Source: Candidatus Poribacteria bacterium (lineage in GTDB: Bacteria > Poribacteria > WGA-4E > PCPOR2b). From it: a stretch of DNA of 64,000 nt. The notes under the pieces were generated by a model that was given only the letters and a program-made list of their open reading frames with translations, was not told where the DNA came from and made no database searches. The translations under genes were made by a program, and so were the position numbers. Positions 21,103 through 32,530 of this stretch are shown here, one piece after another. Within the stretch, counting starts at the first letter, position 1; each line of letters begins with the position of its first letter. The stretch spans positions 4,320,001-4,384,000 of the forward strand of contig OZ240245.1 in NCBI GenBank assembly GCA_965198175.1, read 5' to 3'.

Positions 21103-22281
21103 TCAGTTGCAAATCTGTGAGTAAACCACTTCCAGCCGTTGAGCTAGAATTGGCCAATTATATTTGGCTTCGACAAGCTGTCTTCCCGCATCTCCAATTT
21201 TCTGGCGCTGATGGGGCGATCGGATCAAATCAATTACATGCTTCGCAAATTCTTCCGGCGCATCCGCGATTAAAATATCTTGCCCAGCTTTGGACTCTAA
21301 CCCTTGTGCACCAATCGAGGTTGTGACGACAGGGACACCCATTCCCATCGCTTCCAGATTTTTCACCTGAACCCCCGAACCCGATCGCAGCGGTGACACA
21401 AAAACAGCAGCTTGTTCAAAATAGGGGCGTATATCAGGAACGTGTCCGGTCACAACGACATTGTTACCATTGGCTAGCCGCTTAATTTGTTCTGGTGGAC
21501 GGTTGCCAACGATATTAAACGTTATCTCAGGGTGCACGGTTTGAATCAGCGGAAGGATTTCCTGATGAAAATATAAAGCGGCGTCCCAATTTGGGAAATA
21601 ACTCATAGTGCCTGTAAAGAGTAGATGCGGTTGATACGTTGATGAAGTCGGTTGGAAGTATTCTAAATCGACGCCCATCGGCACAATTGAAAGTTTCAGG
21701 GATGCGTCCTGTTTGAGCAGGTAATCTCGATCGCATTCCGCAACAACCGTTCCCCAATCAAACGACCTCGCAATCTCGACCTCATATTCCCGAACACGGC
21801 GTTCCTCAAGTCTAACCAGCGGCCGTTTTAGACTTCGATCTAAATCCGCTCGACGCTGTAAGTTCAACGCTAGTGAGTCACACAAATCTAGCACCTTCGG
21901 TATTCCATGACAGTGGGAAACATATTGCGCCATGCGAAAAAGTTGGACATGAATCAGATCGAAGTCATACTTTTCCAACAACCTGTTAACTGTTCGCTGC
22001 ATCTGGGAGACATACCAATAGTGAAGCTGTAATGGCTGACTTGAAAAACAGTTGAGTAGAGTATTGAGACAAGCTCGATTCCGGTGAAAACGCACCCATT
22101 CAACACGATCACAAAATGATTCCATCTGCTTGACATCAGCAATTTCCTGATCCGATTCGACAAATGAGACAAAAGTAAGAGAGTGATGTTGAGCGAGCTG
22201 TTTGCTGAAATGATAAGCCCGAATTCGATCTCCCCGCTGAGGCGGAAATGGGAATCTCAGGCTTAAAAATAGAATCTTCAT
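21103..22281 (-). CDS. Glycosyltransferase family 4
   Basis: FPFPPQRGDRIR; PLRSGSGVQVKNLEAMGMGVPVV. Confidence 0.9.
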   Translation of the reverse strand: MKILFLSLRFPFPPQRGDRIRAYHFSKQLAQHHSLTFVSFVESDQEIADVKQMESFCDRVEWVRFHRNRACLNTLLNCFSSQPLQLHYWYVSQMQRTVNRLLEKYDFDLIHVQLFRMAQYVSHCHGIPKVLDLCDSLALNLQRRADLDRSLKRPLVRLEERRVREYEVEIARSFDWGTVVAECDRDYLLKQDASLKLSIVPMGVDLEYFQPTSSTYQPHLLFTGTMSYFPNWDAALYFHQEILPLIQTVHPEITFNIVGNRPPEQIKRLANGNNVVVTGHVPDIRPYFEQAAVFVSPLRSGSGVQVKNLEAMGMGVPVVTTSIGAQGLESKAGQDILIADAPEEFAKHVIDLIRSPHQRQKIGDAGRQLVEAKYNWPILAQRLEVVYSQICN

Positions 22282-22463
22282 GTCGGCAATTCGGCTTCAT
22301 CAATCAGCATTACGGGTATACCATCACGAATCGGGTAACGGCGCTTACACTCGCCAGCACAAATCAGCTTTTTATCCTCACGAGCATATTCAATATCGCC
22401 TTTGCACGCGGGACAAGCCAATATGTCCAGTAACTCCTGGCTGATTTCTTCTCGTGAGTTCAT
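22278..22463 (-). CDS. Trm112-family protein (YcaR-like)
   Basis: LLDILACPACKG...C..RYPIRDGIPVMLIDEA; GAGGAGG RBS before ATG 22463. Confidence 0.9.
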   Translation of the reverse strand: MNSREEISQELLDILACPACKGDIEYAREDKKLICAGECKRRYPIRDGIPVMLIDEAELPT

Positions 22464-22652
22464 AGTCACCCTCCTCAATATTGATTGGGAACTCGATTCT
22501 GGAAACCATCAGAGCGGTAAATCATTGACAGGATTGAAAAGCGGTTTGACTTGACTGAAGACACCTTCGTGCTTGTTTTCAAAAACTAGCGCACATCGTA
22601 AATAACTCACGCAGGTCGGGATACCCCACTCATTTTGTCACTCCGTCTTCAT

Positions 22653-25409
22653 CTATCTGCCATGGCATTTCTTGTACTTTATACCACTTCCACATGGACA
22701 TGTCTCATTACGTCCAACCTTCGGCATCTGTTCGGCGGCTTGCTGTCTCGCAAAAGCCGCATCGGTCGAGGCTCCATCGCTTGGTTGTGTTATTGCGTTT
22801 CTGCGCCGCCCATATTGAGGCATAGCGCGACGGGATGAGCGAAAGCCGGCTCTGTCTTGTGCGGCAGCACGTCGCGACCTAGCCTGCCGAAGTTGGGTTT
22901 CTGAATCAACAATGCGAGCCTTAAACATGTACTCGCTGACTTCCTCTTCGATTCGCTGATACATCGCTTCAAAAACCGCATAGGCTTCGTTCTTGAAGAC
23001 GACAATGGGGTCTTTACCTCCGTACCCGCGCAGGTGGATACCTTCCTCTATGTAGTCAATATTATACAAGTGATCTTTCCAGTGACTATCGATTCGATCC
23101 AAGAGCACGAGGCGCTCAAGCGCGCGCATCTGTTCAGTTCCCATTCCAGCTTCACGCGCGTCGTAGAGTTCATGCAGCAATTTCGATATCTTTTCTCGGA
23201 GTTCCTCCCGGCTCATTTTGTCCGGTGGGGTTTCCCAATCCGAGGGATTAATGGGGAAGGTATGGCTTAGCCAAGTGATAAAGCTTCCAATATTCCGGTC
23301 CTCGCTGCGGTCGGGTAAGTCGATCTCAAAATGATCGTCCAAAGTATCCTCAACCATATCCCCAATTGTGCTCTTGAGATCCTCGCCTTCGAGAATGCTA
23401 TTGCGCAATTCATAGATGGTTTGACGCTGGGTATTCATCACATCGTCAAATTTTAGTACATTTTTCCGTATCTCGAAGTGCCGTTCTTCAACCCGTCTTT
23501 GTGCTTTTTCGATAGCTTTGGTTACCCATGGGTGTTCAATCGGGATGTCTTCCTCCATACCGATTCTATCCATCATACCCGACAGGCGATCGGATCCAAA
23601 TTTGCGCATGAGATCGTCTTCAAGCGAAAGATAAAACCGAGATGATCCGGGATCGCCCTGGCGTCCTGAACGTCCACGCAATTGGTTGTCGATTCGCCGT
23701 GAGTCATGTCGCTCTGTTCCAATGATGTGCAGTCCACCAGCCTTCAGGACTTCCTCTCGATTTTCGTCACAAACGGCTTTGGCTTCCTCATAAGCAGCTT
23801 TCCACTCTCCCGAATCCTCTTCAACCATTGCAGAATCCATCTTCTTTCTGCGCAGGATTTCCATCACCATGCCTTCTGGATTGCCGCCAAGCAAGATATC
23901 AACACCGCGTCCTGCCATGTTCGTGGCGATTGTCACTGAGCCGGGCATACCCGCCTGGGCGATAATTGTCGCTTCGCGGGCGTGTTCTTTGGCATTCAAT
24001 ATCTGATGACGGATGTCACGCCGCTTCGCCCGAAGCATCTTGCTCAATCTTTCTGATTTCTCAATGGAAATTGTCCCTACCAACACAGGACACCCTTGTT
24101 CGTGTTGCGCGATAATATCCTGTATGACCGCTCGAAATTTTGCTTCTTCTGTTTTGTAGATTTGGTCCGAATGATCGATTCGGACCATCGGTTCGTTCGT
24201 CGGAATGACGGCAACATCCAAATGGTAAATATGAGCAAATTCCGCCGCTTCTGTTTCCGCGGTTCCGGTCATTCCCGCTAATTTCTCATATGTGCGAAAA
24301 TAGTTTTGATACGAGATTTTTGCGCCGGTCTGACTTTCTTGAACGATTTTGACCCGCTCCTTGGATTCCATGGCTTGATGGAGCCCTTCGCTCCATCGCC
24401 TTCCGGGTTGCTTTCGCCCTGTGAACTCATCCACGATGATGACCTCTCCGTTTTCAACGACATAATCGACATCACGCTTCCAGAGATGATGAGCTGCTAA
24501 TGCCTGATTGACATGATGAACAACATGCATATTCGTCGAATCGTAGAGATCTCTTCCATCAAGAACCGTTTCCCCGAGAAGACGCTGAACTTCATCAACA
24601 CCCTCATCCGTTAGGCTGACGGTGCCGCGTTTGCTGCTTTTTTCATCAATTTCATAGTGTTTTCCCGCTTGAAGCTGTCTCACTGTACGATCAAGTTTGG
24701 TATAAAGTTCAACAGGTTCACCATGTGGCTCTGCGATAATTAGCGGTGTACGAGCTTCATCAACAAGAATGCTATCAACCTCATCGACTATCGCGTAATA
24801 GTGTCCACGTTGTCCCCTCCCACTAAGGTGCGTTGATTTGTTATCCCGGAGATAGTCAAAACCGAATTCACTATGTACACCATAGGTGATGTCTGCTTTG
24901 TACCCAAGCTTCTTCAGTTCATCGGGCATAATGCTGAGTGTCAGTCCAACGGAGAGACCGAGAAAGTTATAAATCTTCCCCATCCATTCAGCATCACGTT
25001 TAGCAAGATAATCATTGACAGTGGCAACATGAACGCCTTTTCCCGTTAGCGCATTCAAATAAACCGCGAGCGTTGAGGTAAGGGTTTTTCCCTCACCTGT
25101 TTTCATTTCAGCAATGTTGCCTTGATGAAGCGCAACACCTCCCATGATTTGTACATCGTAGTGGCGTTGCGCTAAGGTCCGAACAGCAGCTTCACGTACA
25201 ACAGCAAACGCCTCGGGCAGGAGCGCATCAAGTGAGGCACCCGCGTCGATTGTTTCACGAAAATACGGCGTTTTTGACTGTAGTTCTGCATCGGAAAAGC
25301 GTTTGACTTCAGACTCCTGTTGATTAACTGCTTCAACGATTGGCTGAAAATGCTTCGTATCTCGGTCCTGCTTGTTGCCGAAAACTTTGGCTAAAATGCT
25401 TTGAAACAT
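22653..25409 (-). CDS. secA: Preprotein translocase subunit SecA
   Basis: [47 protein letters not shown]-terminal SEC-C motif (CPCGSG.KYKKCHG). Confidence 0.98.
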   Translation of the reverse strand: MFQSILAKVFGNKQDRDTKHFQPIVEAVNQQESEVKRFSDAELQSKTPYFRETIDAGASLDALLPEAFAVVREAAVRTLAQRHYDVQIMGGVALHQGNIAEMKTGEGKTLTSTLAVYLNALTGKGVHVATVNDYLAKRDAEWMGKIYNFLGLSVGLTLSIMPDELKKLGYKADITYGVHSEFGFDYLRDNKSTHLSGRGQRGHYYAIVDEVDSILVDEARTPLIIAEPHGEPVELYTKLDRTVRQLQAGKHYEIDEKSSKRGTVSLTDEGVDEVQRLLGETVLDGRDLYDSTNMHVVHHVNQALAAHHLWKRDVDYVVENGEVIIVDEFTGRKQPGRRWSEGLHQAMESKERVKIVQESQTGAKISYQNYFRTYEKLAGMTGTAETEAAEFAHIYHLDVAVIPTNEPMVRIDHSDQIYKTEEAKFRAVIQDIIAQHEQGCPVLVGTISIEKSERLSKMLRAKRRDIRHQILNAKEHAREATIIAQAGMPGSVTIATNMAGRGVDILLGGNPEGMVMEILRRKKMDSAMVEEDSGEWKAAYEEAKAVCDENREEVLKAGGLHIIGTERHDSRRIDNQLRGRSGRQGDPGSSRFYLSLEDDLMRKFGSDRLSGMMDRIGMEEDIPIEHPWVTKAIEKAQRRVEERHFEIRKNVLKFDDVMNTQRQTIYELRNSILEGEDLKSTIGDMVEDTLDDHFEIDLPDRSEDRNIGSFITWLSHTFPINPSDWETPPDKMSREELREKISKLLHELYDAREAGMGTEQMRALERLVLLDRIDSHWKDHLYNIDYIEEGIHLRGYGGKDPIVVFKNEAYAVFEAMYQRIEEEVSEYMFKARIVDSETQLRQARSRRAAAQDRAGFRSSRRAMPQYGRRRNAITQPSDGASTDAAFARQQAAEQMPKVGRNETCPCGSGIKYKKCHGR

Positions 25410-25464
25410 AAACCATCATCACCTTTGGGTTACAACTGTGTGAAACACATTACGTATCATTTTT

Positions 25465-26679
25465 TTATTTGGTTGCATCATTATTCGGGCTTCCTTCACT
25501 ATTAGACCGATCTTTTGAAATCTCGTCCTTTTCCGCCGGTCCCGCTTCCGGTTGGGCTTCTCCTTGATTCTGCGTTGCCGGTGGTGTGGGTATGTCTTCT
25601 TTCTCCTCAACCTCTAACAAGTTTTCTCCGTCTACCCGCCTTCTCAGCATGGTGTAGATGAGTGTATTCCCAGCGGAAGCTATTGAGAGTAAGTAAGCGA
25701 TAATCAGACCTATGATGCCCAAGAGGGAAAGCATAATAAAAATTGAGGCGATTTTAAGTGCAATTGGAAGATTGGTGGGTTCGGCAAGATCAAATACTTT
25801 GACACCTTCAATGTATGGTAATCCAGCAAGTCTACCAATCAAACCTCCAAGCCATTTGTCTGCCTGCCCCATGATCATTTTTATATCCGTAGGAATCAGC
25901 AGACGGACTGGCAACATGGCAACAACAAATCCAACCAAGCAAAAAAGCGCCCAAATCGCCGTACAAATCAATTTCATTCCAAACAAAAGGATTTCGTAAA
26001 CGACGATGCGCCAGGGTTGATTCCAAATAATCGAAAAATGCTGATACACTGTTTCAAAGGTGTCTGAATTGGCAGCTGCAATCACTGAAGGGACAAAGAA
26101 CAAGCTCACCCCAAAAACAACAACCAGATATGCCATCAGTAACCCAAGAAAAAAGGCGAAGGGAGTCAAGATTGATGCAAGCATAACAATAATGTTACCA
26201 ACTTTGGGAATCTTGCCAAGCAGACCCACAATAATCGGTGTCAACGCGCATAGCACAAAAATGACAATCAGACCAATGAATGTTCCGTAAACTACCTTCC
26301 AATTTTTCTTGACGAAGCCGACAGATTCTCCCATTGAGAAAAAGTGATCGCCTCGCAATTGTTGCATCGTGATTTTGGAAACCATCGTGCTCATCCAAAA
26401 GAAAACCACAAAAAGAACAAGTGTACCAATTCCCATTGCCACGATTGTAATGGTCTCGAAGCCACCATTGACAACGGGGCAGACCGGCACTAATCCATAC
26501 TTATCCCAAAAGTCTTTTGCTGCAGTTCCACCTGCGATTAGCAGGCTCAAATAAACTAGTATTTCATAAATTAGATAAGCCAGCACAAGTCCCAAAAAAT
26601 GAAGAAAAATCTTCTTTCCACTAAACCCGTAACGTCCAACCCGGAAAATATCACGAAAATCAAAGTGTAATTCCGCCAT
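25465..26679 (-). CDS. Hypothetical multi-pass membrane protein
   Basis: About six hydrophobic segments; GGAGG RBS before MAELHF (26679). Confidence 0.75.
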   Translation of the reverse strand: MAELHFDFRDIFRVGRYGFSGKKIFLHFLGLVLAYLIYEILVYLSLLIAGGTAAKDFWDKYGLVPVCPVVNGGFETITIVAMGIGTLVLFVVFFWMSTMVSKITMQQLRGDHFFSMGESVGFVKKNWKVVYGTFIGLIVIFVLCALTPIIVGLLGKIPKVGNIIVMLASILTPFAFFLGLLMAYLVVVFGVSLFFVPSVIAAANSDTFETVYQHFSIIWNQPWRIVVYEILLFGMKLICTAIWALFCLVGFVVAMLPVRLLIPTDIKMIMGQADKWLGGLIGRLAGLPYIEGVKVFDLAEPTNLPIALKIASIFIMLSLLGIIGLIIAYLLSIASAGNTLIYTMLRRRVDGENLLEVEEKEDIPTPPATQNQGEAQPEAGPAEKDEISKDRSNSEGSPNNDATK

Positions 26680-26764
26680 GCATTTCCTCCAGTTACAATT
26701 AAGTCTATCACTAGCACTCATGAAAACTCTAGCGACTTCGTGACGTCGAAATTTGCGCGGATAT

Positions 26765-26793
26765 ATATTACACCAATTGCGATCTTCTGTCAA
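26765..26793 (-). promoter_or_regulatory. Sigma-70 promoter (leftward)
   Basis: Minus strand TTGACA, 17-bp spacer, TAATAT. Confidence 0.55.
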
Positions 26794-26855
26794 CAAGAAC
26801 CTTTCTTATATTTTGTTCTACCAGCCTCACCTTCCGCGAAGTCATCGATTTTAAC

Positions 26856-26884
26856 TTGACTTCGCCCGCAAATCCGAATACAAT
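26856..26884 (+). promoter_or_regulatory. Sigma-70 promoter (rightward)
   Basis: TTGACT, 17-bp spacer, TACAAT. Confidence 0.65.
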
Positions 26885-26971
26885 CCAAACTAAATTAGCT
26901 TAGGCTTGGTTGAGGTATTTACAGTGCAATTGACTTTACAAATATATACTGTGAATTTGTAGGAGAATTGA

Positions 26972-27259
26972 ATGGTGGTCGAAAAACTTAACGACACTGA
27001 AATTAACGCAGAACTTGCTAATCTATTGGATTGGGCAGTCGAAAATGGCAAACTGCACAAGCAGTTTCAGTTTAATTCTTTTATCGAAGCATTCGGCTTT
27101 ATGACTCGCGTTGCCCTAGTTGCCGAATCAATGAACCACCACCCGGAGTGGTTCAACGTCTACAATCGTGTAACAATCGATCTCATGACCCACGATGCTG
27201 GCGGAATCAGCGTGTTAGATTTCGAATTGGCAAAAAAAGCTGACGAATTCGCAGGTTGA
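26972..27259 (+). CDS. phhB: Pterin-4-alpha-carbinolamine dehydratase
   Basis: [28 protein letters not shown]. Confidence 0.93.
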   Translation: MVVEKLNDTEINAELANLLDWAVENGKLHKQFQFNSFIEAFGFMTRVALVAESMNHHPEWFNVYNRVTIDLMTHDAGGISVLDFELAKKADEFAG

Positions 27260-28290
27260 CCGACGTCGGATTTAATGCTAGCGCGTTGAGCTCGTCAAGT
27301 GAGATTGTGAACCATCTTCAGCGGTTTGGTGCAAAGACTTTGATTGGTGATTGGCTAATTTATTCCAGCGTTTGGGTTTTAGCTAAGGTCGTCCGTCGCT
27401 TACCGATGCGATTGGCGATGTTCTTGGGCGGCGGAATTGGGAATCTGCTCTACTTCACCTTCAAGAGGCGCCGCCAAATCGCTTTGCAAAATTTGCAGAT
27501 TGTGTTTGGAACTGAGAAATCAGACGCCGAACGAAAGAAAATCTGCCGGGAAAATTTTCGCAATCTCGGTAAGACAGCAATCGAATTTCTCAGATTCCCA
27601 AAATTGACTTTCCACAATATCTGGAGGGAGGTCACTGTAGAAGGGAAAGAGAACCTCGTACGCGCGCTAGATCTCGGAAAAGGGGTTATCGTGTTTCTAC
27701 CCCATTTCGGGAATTGGGAACTTCTCGCGCTCGTCTACGGGGCACTAATTCCAAACCGTGCAAAGGCAATCGCTTTGCCTATCAGAAATGAATTTCTCAA
27801 TACACTAATCTGGAAATACCGACAGCACTTGAGCTTAAAACTCATACCCCGGAAACAAGCTGGTAAGGAAGCTCTCCGGGCGCTTCGTGACAATTTTGCG
27901 GTGGGCTTTTTCGCAGATCAAAATGCAGGGCGAGAAGGCGTTTTTGTTGATTTCTTTGGAAAACACGCCTCTACCGCACGAGGACCAACAACACTCGCTC
28001 TCAAAACAGGTGCGCCGATCCTTTTCTCGATCGATGTACGTCAGTCCGACGATCGGCATCGCGTTTTTATCTCGCCGCCGGTTGAACTTGAACTCTCAGG
28101 AAATTTTGAACTAGATGTACAGATTAATACATCCCGTCTTGTGAAAATCCTTGAGGATTATATATACCAGTTCCCATCCCAGTGGTTGTGGCTACATAAT
28201 CGGTGGAAAACTCAACCTGATACGCAGTGGCACGTGAAAAGCCAATTCAGGAAAAGGAGGGAGAGAGTGGTTCAACATGATGAAACCTAG
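27256..28290 (+). CDS. Lipid A late acyltransferase (LpxL/HtrB family)
   Basis: [29 protein letters not shown]. Exact start uncertain. Confidence 0.88.
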   Translation: MTDVGFNASALSSSSEIVNHLQRFGAKTLIGDWLIYSSVWVLAKVVRRLPMRLAMFLGGGIGNLLYFTFKRRRQIALQNLQIVFGTEKSDAERKKICRENFRNLGKTAIEFLRFPKLTFHNIWREVTVEGKENLVRALDLGKGVIVFLPHFGNWELLALVYGALIPNRAKAIALPIRNEFLNTLIWKYRQHLSLKLIPRKQAGKEALRALRDNFAVGFFADQNAGREGVFVDFFGKHASTARGPTTLALKTGAPILFSIDVRQSDDRHRVFISPPVELELSGNFELDVQINTSRLVKILEDYIYQFPSQWLWLHNRWKTQPDTQWHVKSQFRKRRERVVQHDET

Positions 28291-28474
28291 TTGGGCACGT
28301 TGGGGTGGAAAGAAAATAGGCGGAAGATAGCGAGAAGTTCGGCACATTCCTGCGGTCGCGTTCCCTATTGCCCGCTTCATCTTATCTCATTTTCATCGTT
28401 GCAGTGTAACCCCGGGCGTGCTATAATTGTTATGATTACGCGAAATAAACAGTTTGTAAACCGAGGGAGTTGTT

Positions 28475-30199
28475 ATGATTCATTACAGAAAACACGCGTT
28501 ACCCATCATCGCACTAACTGTTGGAGCGGTGATTTCTCTCCTCTTCATACCAATAGGGGATAAAAGTGCTTTCAGCGATCGCGATGGGAAGCGTAACACC
28601 ATCATCATGCTGGGGGCTTTAAACGAAGTCATTAAGAAATCGGAGCGGTATTTCTATAAGGAAGTGGATCGGGAAGAAATGTATGAAGGGGCAATCAAAG
28701 GCGCACTTGCAGCCCTTGATGATAATTACACTTTCTATCTCTCGCCAAGAATTCTGAAACGTGAGACTGAAAATGTTTACCATGGGGCATTTGGTGGACT
28801 CGGCATCCAAATCCAACCGGAAAAAGGATTTATAAAAATCACCCGCCCATTACCCAATTCGCCTGCACTGCGAGCTGGCTTGCGAGCCGGAGATTATATT
28901 ACTAACGTGAATGGTGACCGAATCAATATTAGCTCAAGCGGACAGTCAATTTACGATGTTGTGGATATATTGAGAGGAAAAGTTGGGACACAAGTCACAA
29001 TTACCGTCCAACGTCGTGGGGATCCGGTGCCATTTGATGTTACGTTGACGCGAGAGGTAATCAAACCGCCTAGCGTTGAGAAAGAGATGCTAGGAGATGG
29101 AATTGGCTATATCCTAATCAGGCAATTTACCGGTAGAACAAGCCAAGAATTCCAAGAAAGCCTAGAGGAACTTCACCGAGCCGAAGGCGATGGGCTGAAA
29201 TCTCTCATCCTGGACCTCAGATATAACTCAGGCGGGCTCCTTGATGCAGCCTACTTTGTTGCAGATGCCTTTATTTCCGAAGGAGTCATTGTCTCTACAC
29301 AAGGAAGAAACCAGGACTTCAATCGAGAATACATGGCACGCCCCACCATACTTTGCGATCCCGACGTGAATCTGGTTGTTCTTGTTAATGGGTATAGCGC
29401 AAGTGGTGCTGAAATTGTCGCTGGAGCTATCAAAGACGTCAAGCGAGGTACATTGCTAGGCACGAAGACGTACGGCAAAGGTGTTGTCCAGCACCGCTAT
29501 CCTCTTGAGAAGGTAGGTGGCGCTGTTTCTCTAACAATCTCGACCTACTACACGCCAAGTGGCGTTTCCATTAATAAAGAGGGTAATAAAGAGGGAGGAA
29601 TTACCCCCCATCTTATTGTTGATTCTACGCTGGATATCGTGGACGTTGCGAAACTCGAAAAGGCAGGCAAACATGTTAAAGCGTTTGTCGAGAAATGGAT
29701 TGAAGAAGAGGAAAAACGAACCGGTGAACCCCCGAAAGAGTTTTCTAAAATTGAGGTAGAGTTACCCCAATTAATGGACGTACTTGCGGAAGATGATATT
29801 GTAATCGACCCAAAATTGGTCAAGTTTAATGTTCGCCGGATTTTCAATTTCAATGTTGGTCTTAACCCAATCATAGATTTGGAATATGATACACAGTTGC
29901 GGGAAGCAGTCCGCATCATTAAGGCAGGCGAGGTTGAAGAGATTCCAGATTCAACGACGACGGTATCTGTGAAAGAGCAACATAAACCTCAACCCAAAGT
30001 TGTTTCGATTACGGATTCTCAAGTTAAGCGGCTAAGTCGCTTGGCAACGGCAACGGATGAAGGTTTGTCCGAACTTGTCAGGCATGCCGTTGATAACTTT
30101 CTGGACAGTCAAGAGGTTTCTATGGGGTTGGGTCCGGAAGAGGAAAATACCGTTGAGTCTGAAACCCTCGACTCGCCTGTTTCATCAACAGACAAGTAA
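28475..30199 (+). CDS. ctpA: S41 carboxyl-terminal processing protease (PDZ + S41) with C-terminal extension
   Basis: FGGLGI PDZ loop, LDLRYNSGG, SASGAEIVAG, TYGKG, YYTPSG. Confidence 0.9.
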   Translation: MIHYRKHALPIIALTVGAVISLLFIPIGDKSAFSDRDGKRNTIIMLGALNEVIKKSERYFYKEVDREEMYEGAIKGALAALDDNYTFYLSPRILKRETENVYHGAFGGLGIQIQPEKGFIKITRPLPNSPALRAGLRAGDYITNVNGDRINISSSGQSIYDVVDILRGKVGTQVTITVQRRGDPVPFDVTLTREVIKPPSVEKEMLGDGIGYILIRQFTGRTSQEFQESLEELHRAEGDGLKSLILDLRYNSGGLLDAAYFVADAFISEGVIVSTQGRNQDFNREYMARPTILCDPDVNLVVLVNGYSASGAEIVAGAIKDVKRGTLLGTKTYGKGVVQHRYPLEKVGGAVSLTISTYYTPSGVSINKEGNKEGGITPHLIVDSTLDIVDVAKLEKAGKHVKAFVEKWIEEEEKRTGEPPKEFSKIEVELPQLMDVLAEDDIVIDPKLVKFNVRRIFNFNVGLNPIIDLEYDTQLREAVRIIKAGEVEEIPDSTTTVSVKEQHKPQPKVVSITDSQVKRLSRLATATDEGLSELVRHAVDNFLDSQEVSMGLGPEEENTVESETLDSPVSSTDK

Positions 30200-30222
30200 T
30201 AACCGTATTGGCACGATCTTTA

Positions 30223-31212
30223 TCAGCTATAAAGATGCACGACATACTCAGCGTAACCGTTATAGAGAATGGTTGGACGCCTTTCCCAAGAAGAGGCACG
30301 CCCGGGGCCAATCAAGCGTTCAGTGGCTTGCGACCAACGCGGGTGAGGCTTTTCAGGATTGACATTGGCTTCAAAATCGTATTCGGTCGGTTGGAGTGTA
30401 TTCCAGAACGTAGCCGGCTGACGATCGATGAACTCAATCTTAGCAATTGATTTGGCGCCCTTGAAGCCGTACTTCCACGGCACCACTTCACGGATGGGCG
30501 CGCCATGTTGTTTCGGAAGATCGTGACCATAGATGCCAACGGCAAAGAACGCAAGCTCGTTCGCCATCTCTTCAATGCGGAGACTTTCTGTATAAGGCCA
30601 GGGTAATCGAGACGCAGGTGTCCAAAACGGTCCCTTGGTAATCTCCGGATCGTAATACGAGGTAAACCGCACGAACTTCGCCGCTGATGTAGGTTGTACA
30701 TCTTCAATGAGCAATTTCATGGGGAATCCTGTCCATGGAACGACCATTGCCCATGCCTCAACGCAGCGGAAGCGATAGACGCGCTCTTCCAACGCGAACT
30801 TCCTCTTGATGTCGTCCAGATCGTACGTTCGGGGATTTTGGACCATGCCCGTGACTTCCACCTTCCAGTTTTCAGTCGGCAACGCTTGAGCTTTTTTCCA
30901 AATGGACTTCGTACCCCCGAATTCGTAAAAGTTATTGTACTTCGCAGCCAGTGCTTCGTCGGTGAGTGGTCGGTCAACCTCTGCAAATTTTGGATTCCGC
31001 TTAATTGATTCAAGCTTCGTGAAATCTGAGTCGGCTTTGGGAGGTGTTTTTGATTCTGAGTTGCTTTCACAACCGAGGATTGAGGCGCCAGCCATCGAAA
31101 GCCCTGTGCCAACTACGCTTGTTAGAAAGCGCCGCCGGTTCATAAAAGCCGATTCTGGCGTCACTTCCCGCTCTGGAATCTTCCACGGTTTTGGAATATG
31201 AATGCTTGCCAT
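30223..31212 (-). CDS. msrP: Protein-methionine-sulfoxide reductase catalytic subunit
   Basis: Tat motif NRRRFL; YNNFYEFG, RFRCVEAW, QHGAPIR, PWKYGFK, HPRWSQATER. Confidence 0.95.
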   Translation of the reverse strand: MASIHIPKPWKIPEREVTPESAFMNRRRFLTSVVGTGLSMAGASILGCESNSESKTPPKADSDFTKLESIKRNPKFAEVDRPLTDEALAAKYNNFYEFGGTKSIWKKAQALPTENWKVEVTGMVQNPRTYDLDDIKRKFALEERVYRFRCVEAWAMVVPWTGFPMKLLIEDVQPTSAAKFVRFTSYYDPEITKGPFWTPASRLPWPYTESLRIEEMANELAFFAVGIYGHDLPKQHGAPIREVVPWKYGFKGAKSIAKIEFIDRQPATFWNTLQPTEYDFEANVNPEKPHPRWSQATERLIGPGRASSWERRPTILYNGYAEYVVHLYS

Positions 31213-31415
31213 AAGTTTTTTGTAACTCCTTGCGCGGTAATCTTGTCATAACACTCTTGCGATTTGGGTGAACACAGATTGACTACGCGAAGAATATAGA
31301 ATATCTCCCCATGTAGTATTCTGACGCAAGATTCTTATGGGCGGGTAGACCGCCATTATCCTCGAAATTTTCCTGGTCATTGCCTCAACTACAAACGCCA
31401 GTGTGTAAAACCGCT

Positions 31416-32396
31416 TTATCGCCTAGATAATGCACGTTCCAATTGTTTGAGCTGGCCCCAGAGCGAAGGGTATTTGCCCGTGCGAGAAACTGAGAACTCC
31501 CCTGCAAAAGCTGGGTCAAACCATGACGGATTACGATTCCAGCCACCGCCCTCCAGGCTTACTGCATTGTCTCCATCAGCATCCATCACCCAGACATCAA
31601 TAGTTCCATCCCGGGCGCCTGTGAAGGCAATCTTTTTCCCATCCGGCGACCACGCAGGTTCATTGTCGGGTTGCGGTACATCCGTAATCTGATCGAGGTT
31701 GCCCCCGTCCGCATCCATCACAAAGATGTTATCAGGCCCTGCCCGATCGGAGACGAAAACAATCTTTTTACCATCCGGAGACCAGTCCGGTTGGATGTCT
31801 TCAGCGTCGATGTTTGTCAGGTTCACTAGATTCTGCCCATCAGTGTCCATCACGTAGATTTCAGCATTTCCGTCCCGGGAAGTGTAGAAAGCAATCTTTC
31901 GACCGTTTGGAGACCACGACGGGTCGAAGTCTGCATCCGGGTGGTTGGTAATGTTCTGTTTTCCCTCCCCATTCGCATCCATCACGTAAATTTCCAGGTT
32001 ACCGTCGCGCTTGGAGGTAAAAGCCATTTTCTGACCGTTGGGGTGCCACGTGGGCCACCTGTCAGCTTTGAGGTGCTCCGTCAGCCTTTGGAAATTCTCG
32101 CCATCGGCATCTATCACGAAGACGTCAATATTGTTATCTACCTGTGCATAGTAAGCAATCCTCCGGCCATCCGGCGACCACGTGATTCCAAGAGACGCCC
32201 CCTGAACGTTCGGCACTGCGCGCGCATTTTTCCCACCCGGGTTAATCAACCAGAGACTGCCATTTCCACGCGAAGTGGCAAAAGCGATAGTCGGTTCCTT
32301 TGGTGCTTGCGCCCAAGCAGGCATTGAAAACACAACATCGCTCAGCAGGAACGCGGCGCCCAACAGGAATAACGCAAATTTCCATCTAGAATTCAC
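31416..32396 (-). CDS. Secreted TolB-like PD40 beta-propeller protein
   Basis: Signal peptide; repeated P-x-WSPDG-x-x-IAF...IYVMDADG; tail VSRTGKYPSLWGQLK. Confidence 0.88.
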   Translation of the reverse strand: MNSRWKFALFLLGAAFLLSDVVFSMPAWAQAPKEPTIAFATSRGNGSLWLINPGGKNARAVPNVQGASLGITWSPDGRRIAYYAQVDNNIDVFVIDADGENFQRLTEHLKADRWPTWHPNGQKMAFTSKRDGNLEIYVMDANGEGKQNITNHPDADFDPSWSPNGRKIAFYTSRDGNAEIYVMDTDGQNLVNLTNIDAEDIQPDWSPDGKKIVFVSDRAGPDNIFVMDADGGNLDQITDVPQPDNEPAWSPDGKKIAFTGARDGTIDVWVMDADGDNAVSLEGGGWNRNPSWFDPAFAGEFSVSRTGKYPSLWGQLKQLERALSRR

Positions 32397-32530
32397 TATG
32401 AACCTCCTTGTTTTGGCTTACTTTTTGATTTTAAGATTTTCACTTCCATTGGATTGACGCCACAACAGTCTCACGCCGCCTGACGTATCACTTGCTGCTT
32501 GCATCACATCGTAACCCTTGCTCAACTGCT

